A stretch of 64,000 nucleotides of DNA from Carpediemonas membranifera BICM (taxonomy: Eukaryota > Protista > Fornicata). Location of the stretch: the NCBI GenBank assembly GCA_019828565.1, contig JAHDYR010000025.1, forward strand, positions 372,001 to 436,000, in the 5' to 3' direction. Under the pieces are notes generated by a model that was not told the DNA's origin, made no database searches, and was given only the letters and a program-made list of their open reading frames with translations. Positions 48,801-58,538 of this stretch are shown here, piece after piece. The stretch's first letter is position 1; every line of letters begins with the position of its first letter. The position numbers and the translations under genes were made by a program.

Positions 48801-49722
48801 CTCCATGCCGCCACTCCAGCTGACCCGCGGCGACTCTCTCGCCGAGTCGATATTCTCTGTCCTTTCTTCCCGAAAAATGACCGACGAGGCGATCGTCCCG
48901 CCCCCCAAGGCGAAGGACTCTAGCCTGTTGGCCCATGTCAACCTCTCGGGCCGGCCCCTCGCCTTCTCCTTGATCGTCACCTTCGTCTGCCCCGCCGTCC
49001 TCGTCATGGCCGGCGCCTGGGTCCTGTTTGCCCTCCGCACCGTTGTCGTCGGCGTCAAGGTGGGCCAGATGACTTACTCGCACGTCCGCCTCAACGACAT
49101 GTATCTCGCCCAGGTTGCCCTGTTCGACTTAACCCGCAGTTTTAGGTTACTCGAGGCCGGGACTGTTGTGGAGTCGACTGTGATCTCTGGCGCCGTTGCA
49201 GAGCTCTCGAACAACTATGACTCGCTGCTGACGTTTGCCGGGGACGAGGTGACCGCGCTCTACCATGGTACGGACGGCCTCACCGTCTCTGTCGCCGGCC
49301 TGGCCGAGTATAGCTCTGACATCGCCTCCCAGCTGGCTGCTGCGTCCGACGTCTCCGCTGTCATCGCGACACCGACGTTCCTCGGTCTCCTCGGCCGGGC
49401 CCAGACAGCCGCCACGTCCGTCGACACGCTGCTGGCGGCCGTGATCCGGGCTGGAACGAACGGCGTTAAGGAGAGCAACACGTTCCTGATGCTGTTCGGC
49501 AGTCTCTTATTCGTTGCGGACGGCGTGTGCATCGTGGCCTCGGTAGTCTTCCTCTGGCGTGGCTTCATCCGCGCGGTCACCCTGCGGCGAGCCATGGAGC
49601 GACTTCAGTTCCTGTCGGTCAACATTCTGGGCGCCAACCTCGGAAGTAGGCGGTCACGGCCGACTGGCGTGACGACGCCGGGCTCGGCCACGATCACGAT
49701 GCACTCGATGAACTCTGTATAA
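45883..49722 (+). CDS. Multi-pass membrane protein, TmcB/TmcC-like, with Asp/Ser/Thr-rich insert
   Basis: N-terminal TM bundle, helical FQLWESL...YKDLL....EII.EFA.FL segment, paired C-terminal TM modules. Confidence 0.65.
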   Translation: MNHRIWGIGAFWMNAYYNVYRRNRNYGQLRMWLMIIEAIQVMLLPFLVYDKYYDMDRIPSAIVNTFMPQLPFVYSLLPFFVILLAPLRVPLVSQALNAYCTVLDTVLLLPTLRGSLFASLPESVPTELNVVIRAIVIVVLTFVSLESGNIHQSHLPGSSHPLSRHGTAATTTLTLFRVLVGCLTITTVAPLPLFAHSLAMSIIAILYTWSDSFYHLVPQLLSSWMAGCFALVSWSVFGMTIGLGHNAQPWIILAVPVASVAAVVFPVVRHARPGPRRLRALSRRLSGLRDAVVSTTPMPQTFRPVVSIRFTREAADLVDDIVKALGPRPSPWQVAQVFTPWAVGPATDGVYHSIMADVMERCRGPVAFALVGLALRPVWVGPIQELVTQIHPKRPLTRLILRDIKHGLLVAKYANPDAMRTHHKLELAAVEHEATMAALFQLWESLIDGPGKLTTRHVRLAEVFERRVQRTFARYKDLLQKDEVPSEIIAEFAAFLSETGCPQEDDVSLLQAQSASPRTRVSLSQHLFGHQPRKSFDDTQCRALMPSDTVSLVPVPRKLVDAIHHVDKPPLSGAWKDKSLKLMRYIVAAVVVLMLLVGILEFQASATDYPHHNVVLSDTVRALDTVHAAAMDGAGYSRSLVSQTLVLLANETDSGMWPDVDLLRSAFTVEFNSTLAESGVPVTLVQPLPVTQALYRLAVTVNEHATAGVSTGAVMADIDVIRTGVLDSSHNQHVYIGVMTASSITTMAIVVLVAGTQLPCLGILLFTPVLVKVIRQSVGYGSAFLALPPSVVQMCMVSPTPRLQRLLTESILMNGLEPVPEGCEDVDELLDRITITDTTSVTDAESDLTTTDGEGFASSVSDSDDDSTDYSDDSDDSDDSDDDSDDESGDDSDEDSDEDSTDDTDSDDSSGTTDGTSTDTTGTDTSDSDSGESAAPTTTEPTESSSDSPTESDTETETGYDSTVDSVSTVISPSMPPLQLTRGDSLAESIFSVLSSRKMTDEAIVPPPKAKDSSLLAHVNLSGRPLAFSLIVTFVCPAVLVMAGAWVLFALRTVVVGVKVGQMTYSHVRLNDMYLAQVALFDLTRSFRLLEAGTVVESTVISGAVAELSNNYDSLLTFAGDEVTALYHGTDGLTVSVAGLAEYSSDIASQLAAASDVSAVIATPTFLGLLGRAQTAATSVDTLLAAVIRAGTNGVKESNTFLMLFGSLLFVADGVCIVASVVFLWRGFIRAVTLRRAMERLQFLSVNILGANLGSRRSRPTGVTTPGSATITMHSMNSV
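48499..48528 (+). repeat. Coding microsatellite (GACTCGGAT)x3 within an acidic low-complexity tract (~48400-48780)
   Basis: Directly visible; encodes DSD repeats. Confidence 0.8.
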
Positions 49723-49777
49723 TTAGACCGGTAAATTTCGCCATTTAGCGTTGAGCTTCTTGAAACGGGCGAGGTGC

Positions 49778-50353
49778 GGTCACCGAGATCGAGGGCCAGA
49801 CGGAGGCGGCGGCCGAAGCCATCCTGGGCCTGCCGAAGATCGGCAACCTCAACAAGGCGGCCCTGACCCAGCCCGTGACGGTGGAGTTCAAGGTGCCCTC
49901 GCTGGCAATGAGCGGGACCCGCGTGAAGTTCTTGCGGGTCATGGAGAAGTCGGGGTACTCCGCGGCCACGTGGATCAAGTACGAGACCAGGACGGGCGTG
50001 TTCGAGGTCCGCCGCTAGAAGCTTGCTGTTTGATAAATTTATGGGCGTGACCCGGACCTCGGGCGAGTTACTCAACCTTCTTGCTGCTCTTCTTCTTGGA
50101 GGGCTCCTCCGTGTCAGAGCGGATGTCACCCCGCACGCTGCCGAACACGATGCCGAAGATCATCTTGAGGATCATGTAGCTCCACATCACGTGGAGGCAG
50201 TAGAGCAGGCTGAAGAACACAGAGAGGGAGCGGTGGAGGGGCATGACGCCGCCGTTGAGCTCGGGGCCGTGGAAGATGAGGGGCAGGAAGATGTGCTTGG
50301 GCAGCATGAACAGACGAGTGTAGAGGAAGGACGACGCGAAGGCGACGAAGGGG
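49778..50353 (-). repeat. 576-bp inverted duplicate of 52303-52878 (3' ends of the ceramide synthase and AP-1 mu genes)
   Basis: Reverse-complement identity with one noticed substitution (GIVFG vs GIMFG). Confidence 0.93.
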
Positions 50354-50606
50354 TGACCTGTTGTCTCAGTGAAGTGAGATTCGCCAGTTGATCGGGTCGA
50401 CCATGGATTTTTTTACCCAAAAAAGTCGGCATACGCCAGTACTTCGCGTCCCCACTGGTGAGCTGACCGCGATCTCCTGTGATATCCTCCTGTCGCCAAA
50501 AATTCTTCCGAGAAATTTGCGAAAAGTCTGAAACGAGGGTGAACGATGTTTGTTATCAATACGGCCCGTGAGAACACCGGCGGTAAACAACGTCTTCTTA
50601 TACAGT

Positions 50607-51320
50607 ATGAGCGATCCATCTAAGATTGGAATGATGCAAGGTGCGTTTTTCGTTGGGCGTGTTGAGCTCCTGCGCTGGCTGAACGATTTCCTGCAGCTTA
50701 ACTACAAGAAGGTTGAGGATGTGAGCAATGGCGCCGCATTCTGCCAGCTAATGGACTATTTGTATCCCGGGAAAGTGCCCCTTCACCGCGTTAACTTCGA
50801 AGCCAAGCTGGAATGGGAGAACGAGAAGAACTTCAAGATCCTGCAGGGGACATTCGAGAAGCTCCACATTGACAAGAACATTGAGGTCGGGAAGCTCATC
50901 AAGGGCAAGTACCAGGACAACCTCGAGTTCTTCCAGTGGATGCACGCGTTCTTCCTCCAGTGCGCCCCCGCTGGCGGCGCCGACTACGACCCCGTCCTCC
51001 GCAGACACCAGGCTGGTGCCCGCAACAAGAACATTCGCGGCCCAACCGCCAGTGCCGCTGCAACTGAGCGGGCCGCGCCCGTTCGGGCAGCCCGCCCCGC
51101 CGCTGGTGCCGGCGCTCCTGCTAACAGCGCAGCGGTGTCCCAGCTCAAGGACGAAATCGCCCAGCTGAACATCGCCGTGGCGACTGTCGAGCACGAACGC
51201 GACTTCTACTTTGGAAAGCTCCGCGACATCGAGATCCTCTGCCAGGATTCCGAGGCCGCCAAGCAGGACGGGTTCGTCGAGAAGATCACGGCTATCATGT
51301 ATGCTCCCGATGAGGAATAG
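50607..51320 (+). CDS. EB1: Microtubule plus-end binding protein EB1
   Basis: CH domain GR.ELL.WLN, GAAFCQLMD, QDNLEF.QW; EBH ERDFYFGKLRDIEILCQ. Confidence 0.96.
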   Translation: MSDPSKIGMMQGAFFVGRVELLRWLNDFLQLNYKKVEDVSNGAAFCQLMDYLYPGKVPLHRVNFEAKLEWENEKNFKILQGTFEKLHIDKNIEVGKLIKGKYQDNLEFFQWMHAFFLQCAPAGGADYDPVLRRHQAGARNKNIRGPTASAAATERAAPVRAARPAAGAGAPANSAAVSQLKDEIAQLNIAVATVEHERDFYFGKLRDIEILCQDSEAAKQDGFVEKITAIMYAPDEE

Positions 51321-51633
51321 GCAAATCCCACGATAAGCGGCTACTTCTGTAAAGAGCTGACGATTGATTGGGAGACAGGGAAGACGTTGCTACATCCGTA
51401 GGCTGAGTGCAGAGTGCTGTGCGGACCAGTTTGTGCTCGCCAGTGAAGTAGGCGACCAGCCAGAACCAGTTAAGTAGTATTGAGCATCCGAAAATGGAAA
51501 TCCCAGGGCAATGGCTGTTAGCGTCCTCCAAATACCTCACGAACTCGAAGGGCCGGGCACAGACCTAAGCCGGGGCCGTGGTTCGAGAGTTGATTGAGTC
51601 GTTTCTGGCCCGATCTATCGCTGAAAGAACATC

Positions 51634-52588
51634 ATGGAAACAACGATTGCGTACCTCCAGCGCCTCGATGAAGTAGGAGATATGATCCTCTCTGTTCCTA
51701 TGTGCGCCAAGGCCTGGGAATGGCTCCGCCCCTACTTCTTCCATGAGCAGGGGGATTTGGTCTCCGTCGCCGTCGTTCTGGTGTTCATGCTCCCCCTTTT
51801 CATCGTTTACCGCTTCTCCTGCAAGGCTATCGGCTACCGCCTCGGTCGTATCTGCCGTCTGAAGGAGCGTGACGCCTCCAAGTTCTCCGAGAGTTTCCTC
51901 TTCCTCGTTACCTACGGCACCTTCTTCGTCATCGGCGCCCTGTCCGCCTACAACCGCGGCTACCTCTTCGACCCCGTTGCCGTATATGCCGACCGCACGG
52001 ACATTGGCTTCTGGGGCCTCCTCCTCCTCCACCTCGAGCTGTGCCACTACATCGCCGCTCTCCTACTCATCTTCGCCGACGTCCGCAACAAGCACAAGGA
52101 CATCCCCATCATGTTCGCTCACCACGTCATCACGCTGGCCCTCATTGCCATGACCGTCGGCACCGGCCAGGAGCGCCTCTTCGTGCAGTGCGTCGCCTAC
52201 CACGACTTCACTGACATCTTCCTCGAGTTCGCGAAGATCTTCCACTACGTTATCGGTGAGCCTCTGTCCGGTTTGTACCCCCCCTTTCTCTCACACAGGC
52301 CTCCCCTTCGTCGCCTTCGCGTCGTCCTTCCTCTACACTCGTCTGTTCATGCTGCCCAAGCACATCTTCCTGCCCCTCATCTTCCACGGCCCCGAGCTCA
52401 ACGGCGGCGTCATGCCCCTCCACCGCTCCCTCTCTGTGTTCTTCAGCCTGCTCTACTGCCTCCACGTGATGTGGAGCTACATGATCCTCAAGATGATCTT
52501 CGGCATCATGTTCGGCAGCGTGCGGGGTGACATCCGCTCTGACACGGAGGAGCCCTCCAAGAAGAAGAGCAGCAAGAAGGTTGAGTAA
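51634..52588 (+). CDS. TLC-domain ceramide synthase (Lag1/Lac1-like); intron 52271-52298
   Basis: KFSES, KD...MFAHH.IT..L, HD.TD.FLE.AK, DIRSD.E. The 28-nt GTTTGT..CTCACACAG intron joins the two ORFs (an alternative donor at 52256 is also in frame). Confidence 0.88.
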
Positions 52589-52637
52589 CTCGCCCGAGGT
52601 CCGGGTCACGCCCATAAATTTATCAAACAGCAAGCTT

Positions 52638-53894
52638 CTAGCGGCGGACCTCGAACACGCCCGTCCTGGTCTCGTACTTGATCCACGTGGCCGCGGAGTA
52701 CCCCGACTTCTCCATGACCCGCAAGAACTTCACGCGGGTCCCGCTCATTGCCAGCGAGGGCACCTTGAACTCCACCGTCACGGGCTGGGTCAGGGCCGCC
52801 TTGTTGAGGTTGCCGATCTTCGGCAGGCCCAGGATGGCTTCGGCCGCCGCCTCCGTCTGGCCCTCGATCTCGGTGACCTTCCAGACCACGTTGTTAGTCT
52901 TGGCGTCAAAGGCGATGGTCCCCGCCGTCTTTCTAGGATACCGCGGCGTGTCGACGTCGGCCGGCATCGGGAGGCTGATTTTGACGTCCTGGGCCACCCT
53001 CTGGCGTCCAAACATCGTCTTCAGCTTCACGATGTTGTGTACGATCGAGTCTGACCCGGGCCTGGCGTCAAGCACGGACACAGAGACGAGGGGCTGGGCG
53101 GTGAGGGGCATCGAGTACGTCACAAGCTCAAACTCGCCATCCGGCGGGATAAACGTGAGCGAGCGGCCGTCAGTGCCGATGCGGGCGGCTGGGTGGGTGC
53201 GTACGTTCTCTGAGTGGAGGGATAGGCGCTCGTTGAAGGCCATCCGGACCTCGGGCATTCCTGAGAGTTCAGCCTTCATCTTGATCACGCCCTGGATCTC
53301 GGAGCGGAGGACGTCGCCTGACGCAGACACAAGGACATTGAGCTTCTCGACGACATCGATGAAGACCTGCTGGACGGGGTACTTGATCCCCTGCGACCGC
53401 CACGAGACGGCGCCCGTGACAGCGCTGGGCGCGGACTTGGTCACCTCTGCACGGCGGCCCTGCTGCTTGATGTACTGCTGGAGGACGGAGGGCTCTGAGA
53501 CCTGGATGTAGCCGTCGTCGATCATCTCGTCGAGGAGCTCGTAAATCAGCACAAAGTTGTCGCGGACGGTCTCAGCGGTGAGCTTGTTGAAGTATACTGT
53601 GAAAACGCGCTCGAGGGTGTGGAGGACCTCGAAAACATAGGCTGTGTTGACATTGGACACTGCGCTGGCGACAATGTAGATGTCGTTGCTCGGGATGAAG
53701 CAGATGTGGACCTGGCCATTGTCAGCCTCAAAAACTGGTGGCATAGAAACGTCTGATCCTTGTGATATGCCTGTTATGGCACGGGAGAACTCAACAGCGA
53801 TGTCGTCGGCTGAAGTATCACCAATATCGTCTCTATACTGCCTAAATATCAAAGAGCGTCCTCTATCATCAATCAAAGAGATGGAGGAGATCAT
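52638..53894 (-). CDS. AP1M: Adaptor complex medium subunit (AP-1 mu-like)
   Basis: RDNFVLIYELLDEMIDDGY.Q, VTGAVSWR..GIKY, LSGMPE, FIPPDGEFEL, EKSGY...W.KY.T. Confidence 0.9.
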   Translation of the reverse strand: MISSISLIDDRGRSLIFRQYRDDIGDTSADDIAVEFSRAITGISQGSDVSMPPVFEADNGQVHICFIPSNDIYIVASAVSNVNTAYVFEVLHTLERVFTVYFNKLTAETVRDNFVLIYELLDEMIDDGYIQVSEPSVLQQYIKQQGRRAEVTKSAPSAVTGAVSWRSQGIKYPVQQVFIDVVEKLNVLVSASGDVLRSEIQGVIKMKAELSGMPEVRMAFNERLSLHSENVRTHPAARIGTDGRSLTFIPPDGEFELVTYSMPLTAQPLVSVSVLDARPGSDSIVHNIVKLKTMFGRQRVAQDVKISLPMPADVDTPRYPRKTAGTIAFDAKTNNVVWKVTEIEGQTEAAAEAILGLPKIGNLNKAALTQPVTVEFKVPSLAMSGTRVKFLRVMEKSGYSAATWIKYETRTGVFEVRR

Positions 53895-54089
53895 ATTGCT
53901 GGTATGATATGGCGGGGTTGGGGAGAAAACGCGAAAAAGCGTCGGTGATGCATAAACTGCTCTTTGGTCAATGGCGGTCCACGACGGAGCTAGACCCGAG
54001 CGATCCCGACAAAGTCCACGAACGAGCCAGGCTTGTTCCATTCGGACTGACTTTCCGATCTCTAGGCCTGGCGTGGTCTAATCCGGCAA

Positions 54090-54674
54090 ATGGGTCAATC
54101 CCCGAGCGAAATCGCGAGCGAAGACTTTAACCGAGCACGCATAGCACTTCTACGGCTGATTTCTACTCTTATTTCTAGTGGCGAGAAGCAATCATGCAAG
54201 GTCTCTGTCTTTCACACGAAAGAGCTCTCAGACACATTTGTTCACGAACTAGCGGGTTTAGTCATTACTAATGTTGGCGAATGGCGCATTCCACTCATGA
54301 AAACGAAGGAACCTGATGTTTTTGCGGAGATGCGATCGCCCGACAGCGTCTTCCTCTTCGTTCCAGCCAAGGACAGCCCCGCCATCCCCGCCGACCTCAC
54401 TGACATCCAGGCCTTCTGCCACCTTCAGCTCGACGTCGAGGACGGCCTTTGGCTGTACATCTGGGAGATCCACGCCTTCCGTCCCGGCAATGGGCAGGGC
54501 TCCGCCATCATGCGGGTCCTCAAGTCAGCCGCCCGGACTCTAGAGCTGGACGGGTTGGGGCTGACTGTGTTCAGTGAGAACACGCGGGCAGTGGAGTTCT
54601 ATAAGGGCCAGGGGTTCCGGGGACGTAAGGACGACGGCAAGACCATGTCCATGGCATGGGACACGGAGAGCTGA
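54090..54674 (+). CDS. GNAT acetyltransferase, NAA40/Nat4-like
   Basis: LYIWEIH, G.GQGS.IM, LTVFSEN.RAVEFY...GF. Confidence 0.7.
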   Translation: MGQSPSEIASEDFNRARIALLRLISTLISSGEKQSCKVSVFHTKELSDTFVHELAGLVITNVGEWRIPLMKTKEPDVFAEMRSPDSVFLFVPAKDSPAIPADLTDIQAFCHLQLDVEDGLWLYIWEIHAFRPGNGQGSAIMRVLKSAARTLELDGLGLTVFSENTRAVEFYKGQGFRGRKDDGKTMSMAWDTES

Positions 54675-54886
54675 GGCATGTTGCAGGGGAGCGTCATTGA
54701 GTGGCATCGATGGCTGCTGTGTTGGCTGTGTTGCTCTGTTTTCCTGTTTCACTCGTGTACGAGCCTTGAATAAAAGACTGCTACCCGCCCGAGCCTATCC
54801 ATATTCTACGGCTGGCTCGCATGAGTGCTTCTAAGCTCATTTCGCCTCACATTCCGGCATACCGCACTTTATCTCAAGAAATCTTG

Positions 54887-55709
54887 ATGAGCGGCGAAGA
54901 GTCGAAATTCTTGCTCGGAAAGTTCATCACACGGGAGCACTATGACTATATTATTGCAAACGATAACTGGAGCCAGTTTGTTAGCCCAATCGATGTCACA
55001 CAGAATCGTTTCACCAATTATCCCTGAAAAATACGCACCTGAGAGCCCTCAAGCCCTTGTATTCGCAGAACTCGTGAACAATAGCATCCGCTTCTGCCTG
55101 GACCAGAACTATTCTTTCGAGAAGCTCTCCACATTCGTCGGCGTCATGCTCGAGACGCATGCTCGCTCGATGGTGCCACACACCCTCGCAAGGACGGCCC
55201 AAAAGACATTCAATGACCTGATGATGATGCACTCGGTCCATAGGCCGCCCTTCTCGATCCAGGTATTCGCGCCCTCCGACCTTGCTGAGGTGACCGATTT
55301 CTTCGTCAGGGGTTACATGCGGGCGTTCAAACTGTATCTATATGTATTCACTCCACGACCTGTGCTCGACCTGGTCACACAGAACGTCGGCATCGAGTTC
55401 CCAGTGCTGAAGCCAGAACCTCTGGCCAAGGCCACCATGGAGGTCGAGCCTGAGCCCGAAGAGGAGCCCGAGGACGAGGAGGAGGCTGCTGAGGAGGATC
55501 AGACCAGTGCCGACCAGGTGATCTCAGACGTCGTCGACCAGATGGCGGAGCAGGGCGGGGTTGATAAGGAGAAGCTCCGGGTCGCGATCAAGGAGGCGAT
55601 GGAGGCGGAGATGGCTAAGTTCAAGGCCGAGATCACAGCCAAGCTGCAGAGCACACTGGCCCCTGCCGAGGAGCCCGTGACAAAGGAGAAGGGGAAGGAG
55701 CACAAGTAG
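54887..55709 (+). CDS. CFAP119: Flagellar central-pair C1a-32/CFAP119-like protein; intron 54976-55003
   Basis: HSVHRPPFSI.VF, Y.R.FKLY.YVFT. The 28-nt GTTTGT..TCACACAG intron joins two ORFs. Confidence 0.8.
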
Positions 55710-55831
55710 TAGTAAATGGACTGGCGACGGCTGCATGCGTGAGTTGGGTAGCGCAGTATCGATACGCAGGATTAGGATGATTGTGTGTTTTTTCTGACAA
55801 AACACGGACGCTGAAATAACCCAGTCTACAG

Positions 55832-56509
55832 ATGCACAAGGTAGCATTTATCTTCTGCTTCTTCCTCGCACTGGTTGTACAGAGCAACTGCCTCTACTGG
55901 TACATGGCTGGCACTGAGTCCAAGGAGTTCTACGTCGATGTCTTCCACGACGAGGTTATCCTTGTAGAATACACATTCAGGACGATGCCATCGTCCAGTC
56001 GTAGCTCTATGACTATCCCCATGGGCACTGCGACCTCCTTGATGATCGAGGTCCGTGATCCCCAAGACTCTGTGGTGTACCGAGCCGAGGGCAACGAGCT
56101 GGGCCACTTCGGCTTCACATCTCAGCTCGACGGTGTCTATCGCATCATCTTTAGCCAGAAGAACACGCAGATGTTCATGCGCAACCGCGTCCGTTCTCGT
56201 GTCAGCCTTGACGTGACAGTCGGCGAAGATATCGGCAGCGAGCCCGCGGAGCCTTCGGGTGCTCGCGCCGACAAGGCCCACATTGCAGTGCTGACATCCT
56301 CCGTCGCGCGCCTCAAGGACAAGGTTGACATCATCAAGATGGAGCAGGCCAACTCGAAGAGCCGCGATGAGAAGTTCAGTGTGAAGTACGCCGGTATTGG
56401 GTCCCGTATCGTCTTCTTCGCGCTGTTCCAGATCGCGTTCTTCATCGGCGTCGGGCTCTGGCAGATGAAGGACCTGAAGAAGTTCCTGGTCAAGACGAAG
56501 GTTGTGTAA
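55832..56509 (+). CDS. p24/emp24/TMED GOLD-domain cargo receptor
   Basis: Signal peptide, GOLD region (F.FTS...G.Y.I.F), coiled coil, TM, WQ...LKKF..K.K tail. Confidence 0.88.
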   Translation: MHKVAFIFCFFLALVVQSNCLYWYMAGTESKEFYVDVFHDEVILVEYTFRTMPSSSRSSMTIPMGTATSLMIEVRDPQDSVVYRAEGNELGHFGFTSQLDGVYRIIFSQKNTQMFMRNRVRSRVSLDVTVGEDIGSEPAEPSGARADKAHIAVLTSSVARLKDKVDIIKMEQANSKSRDEKFSVKYAGIGSRIVFFALFQIAFFIGVGLWQMKDLKKFLVKTKVV

Positions 56510-56739
56510 AGCTTATTATGGTGTGTTGGTTCTGTTTCCGGTGCTGTGGCGCCATATGGGTGGGTTGTTTGTCCGACCATGGTCCGTGTTGAGTCGGGCA
56601 GGATTGAGGTGAGAAATTGAGTGGCGGCTCAGTATGCTGTATAGACATGCTTGCTGAGCTCTAGATCGTCTATTTGCCTCTGTGGGTCCGAGAATGTAGG
56701 AATCGCAGAATAAGCGGTCCGCGCTTGAAGGGTCGAACA

Positions 56740-57264
56740 ATGGGTGAAGAACGTGAGGCTCCGCCAAAGAAACCTACGCAGCCATACATCAAATTCACGA
56801 TCGCAAGACGCCCTGCTATCAAGCAGGAGAGGCCCGAGCTCAAGGCCAAGGAGATCATGAGCGCGATGGGCAATGAGTGGTCTCAGCTAGATGAGGCTGC
56901 TAAGAAGCCATACGTTGATGAGTACAACGCGGAAAAGGCTGAGTATGACAAGAAGATTGCCGCCTACGACAAGAAGTACCCCACCTGGAGAGAGGAGGAG
57001 AAGGCCGTCAAGGCCGATCTGAAGAAGGACAAGAAGGAGGCCAACGGTGCCATCAAGAAGCGCCCCCGCGGCTACACTGGCTGCTCCCTCTTCCAGTACG
57101 CCCTCCGCAAGCAGTACGAGAGCCGCACAGGGAAGAAGCTCCCCATCAAGTACACGGTCCAGCTGACAACCCAGTGGAAGGAGCTGTCCGAGGAACGGGT
57201 GGCCGAGTGGAAGGCCAAGGCGTCGGAGTTGAACGCCGCCGCCGGGGAAGAGGAGAGCGGTTAA
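56740..57264 (+). CDS. HMG-box protein (two boxes)
   Basis: PKKP..PY..F...RR..IK.E.P, W..L....KKPY; the second box ends WKELSEE....WK.KA. Confidence 0.88.
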   Translation: MGEEREAPPKKPTQPYIKFTIARRPAIKQERPELKAKEIMSAMGNEWSQLDEAAKKPYVDEYNAEKAEYDKKIAAYDKKYPTWREEEKAVKADLKKDKKEANGAIKKRPRGYTGCSLFQYALRKQYESRTGKKLPIKYTVQLTTQWKELSEERVAEWKAKASELNAAAGEEESG

Positions 57265-57429
57265 AGCCGCTTTACGATAATTTACATGAATATGGCTATG
57301 CTTGGTTGTACGGGTGAGCTGGGGCTTGCCGGTGTAGTGTCCTGACTCTGTGGCGACTGTCGGGTCATGGCGATAGTAGCGATGAGTGGATGGGCCGGTA
57401 AGCCGTTGGTGTCGGTACGGACGAATGTT

Positions 57430-58329
57430 ATGCAAGAACAGCAGGTTGAATGCCATGAATGTGGCTCAACGAACACAGAGGAGCGGCCACATGCCGGGGA
57501 CATCATTTGCAAGGAATGCGGCATTGTTGTCGGGCAATACATCGATAAGACCAGCGAATGGCGTTCATTTGCTGATGACTCATCATCACAAGACCGTTCT
57601 CGAGTCGGTGGCAAGGAGAACGAGTTCGGCTCCCTCCACCTGAGCTCGGGCCGCGGTTTCGGGTCAGGGACGACGGAAACACGCATCGAGAAGTCAACCA
57701 AGGAGCTCAGGGGCGAAGTGGAACGCCTAATGCGTCGTTTCAACTTCCAACCGGCGAAGGAGATCAGCACCCGCGCGGTCAACATCTACACGAGCTACCT
57801 CAAACGGTCCGCCAAGTCCCGCCGCGGCAGAAGCATCCAGATGTTCGCCGCTGCGTGCATCCGTCTTGCCCTGGACGAGCGGGGCGGTTCTGTGTCTCTC
57901 AAGGACCTCAGCCGTGCCCTGCAGGCCGAGTTCGGCAAGAGCGCGGACAGCACAGAGTACACGCCGAAGAAGATCGAGAAGGTCATCCGGGAGGTGAGCA
58001 GCGAAGTTGCCATCATCCCTGGAAAGACGAGGGTGGCCAATGCCGACGTCAACTCAATGCTCGATCGGATCGGGGCCGTCGACGGCATGACGTACCCCAT
58101 GCAGAAGCTCTGGCGCACCAGGGCCAATGCTGTAGCCGAGAAGGGCCGCGGTCTGGCGTACAGGTCCGAGACGGTGGCTGCGGCGGCCATCATCGTCGCT
58201 CTGGCGGACAAGGAGCTTGCCGTCAGCGACAGCGCGGAGGCTGAGGTGAGGCCCAAGGTCATCGGGCTCAGCGGTGTGACTGAGGCGACTGTGCTGAAGG
58301 CCCAGGCAGAGCTCGAGGCCCTCGCGTAA
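57430..58329 (+). CDS. GTF2B: Transcription initiation factor IIB
   Basis: Zinc ribbon CHECG...GDIIC.ECG.VV, B-reader ID..SEWRSF...SRVG, cyclin-like repeats. Confidence 0.82.
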   Translation: MQEQQVECHECGSTNTEERPHAGDIICKECGIVVGQYIDKTSEWRSFADDSSSQDRSRVGGKENEFGSLHLSSGRGFGSGTTETRIEKSTKELRGEVERLMRRFNFQPAKEISTRAVNIYTSYLKRSAKSRRGRSIQMFAAACIRLALDERGGSVSLKDLSRALQAEFGKSADSTEYTPKKIEKVIREVSSEVAIIPGKTRVANADVNSMLDRIGAVDGMTYPMQKLWRTRANAVAEKGRGLAYRSETVAAAAIIVALADKELAVSDSAEAEVRPKVIGLSGVTEATVLKAQAELEALA

Positions 58330-58538
58330 GCAGTGCAGTAAATATTCATCGCTGTTCATGTGCGTGGGTTGGAATGGCGGCCCTCGCCCTGCCGTGACTC
58401 TGGGGCCACCCCGAGCCGAAGGCGCGGGGATCGGACGGGGATCGGGGCCGTTTATGGCTGTGTTGGATGAAGCAGATGGTCTGCGGCGTCTATGACTCGG
58501 GCCAGAGTCGATCGTATCCACAATCTCACACTTCGAAA

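Noticed and set aside
50068-50307. 79-aa minus-strand membrane ORF as an independent gene
   Set aside because: It is the duplicated 3' end of the ceramide synthase gene inside the inverted repeat.
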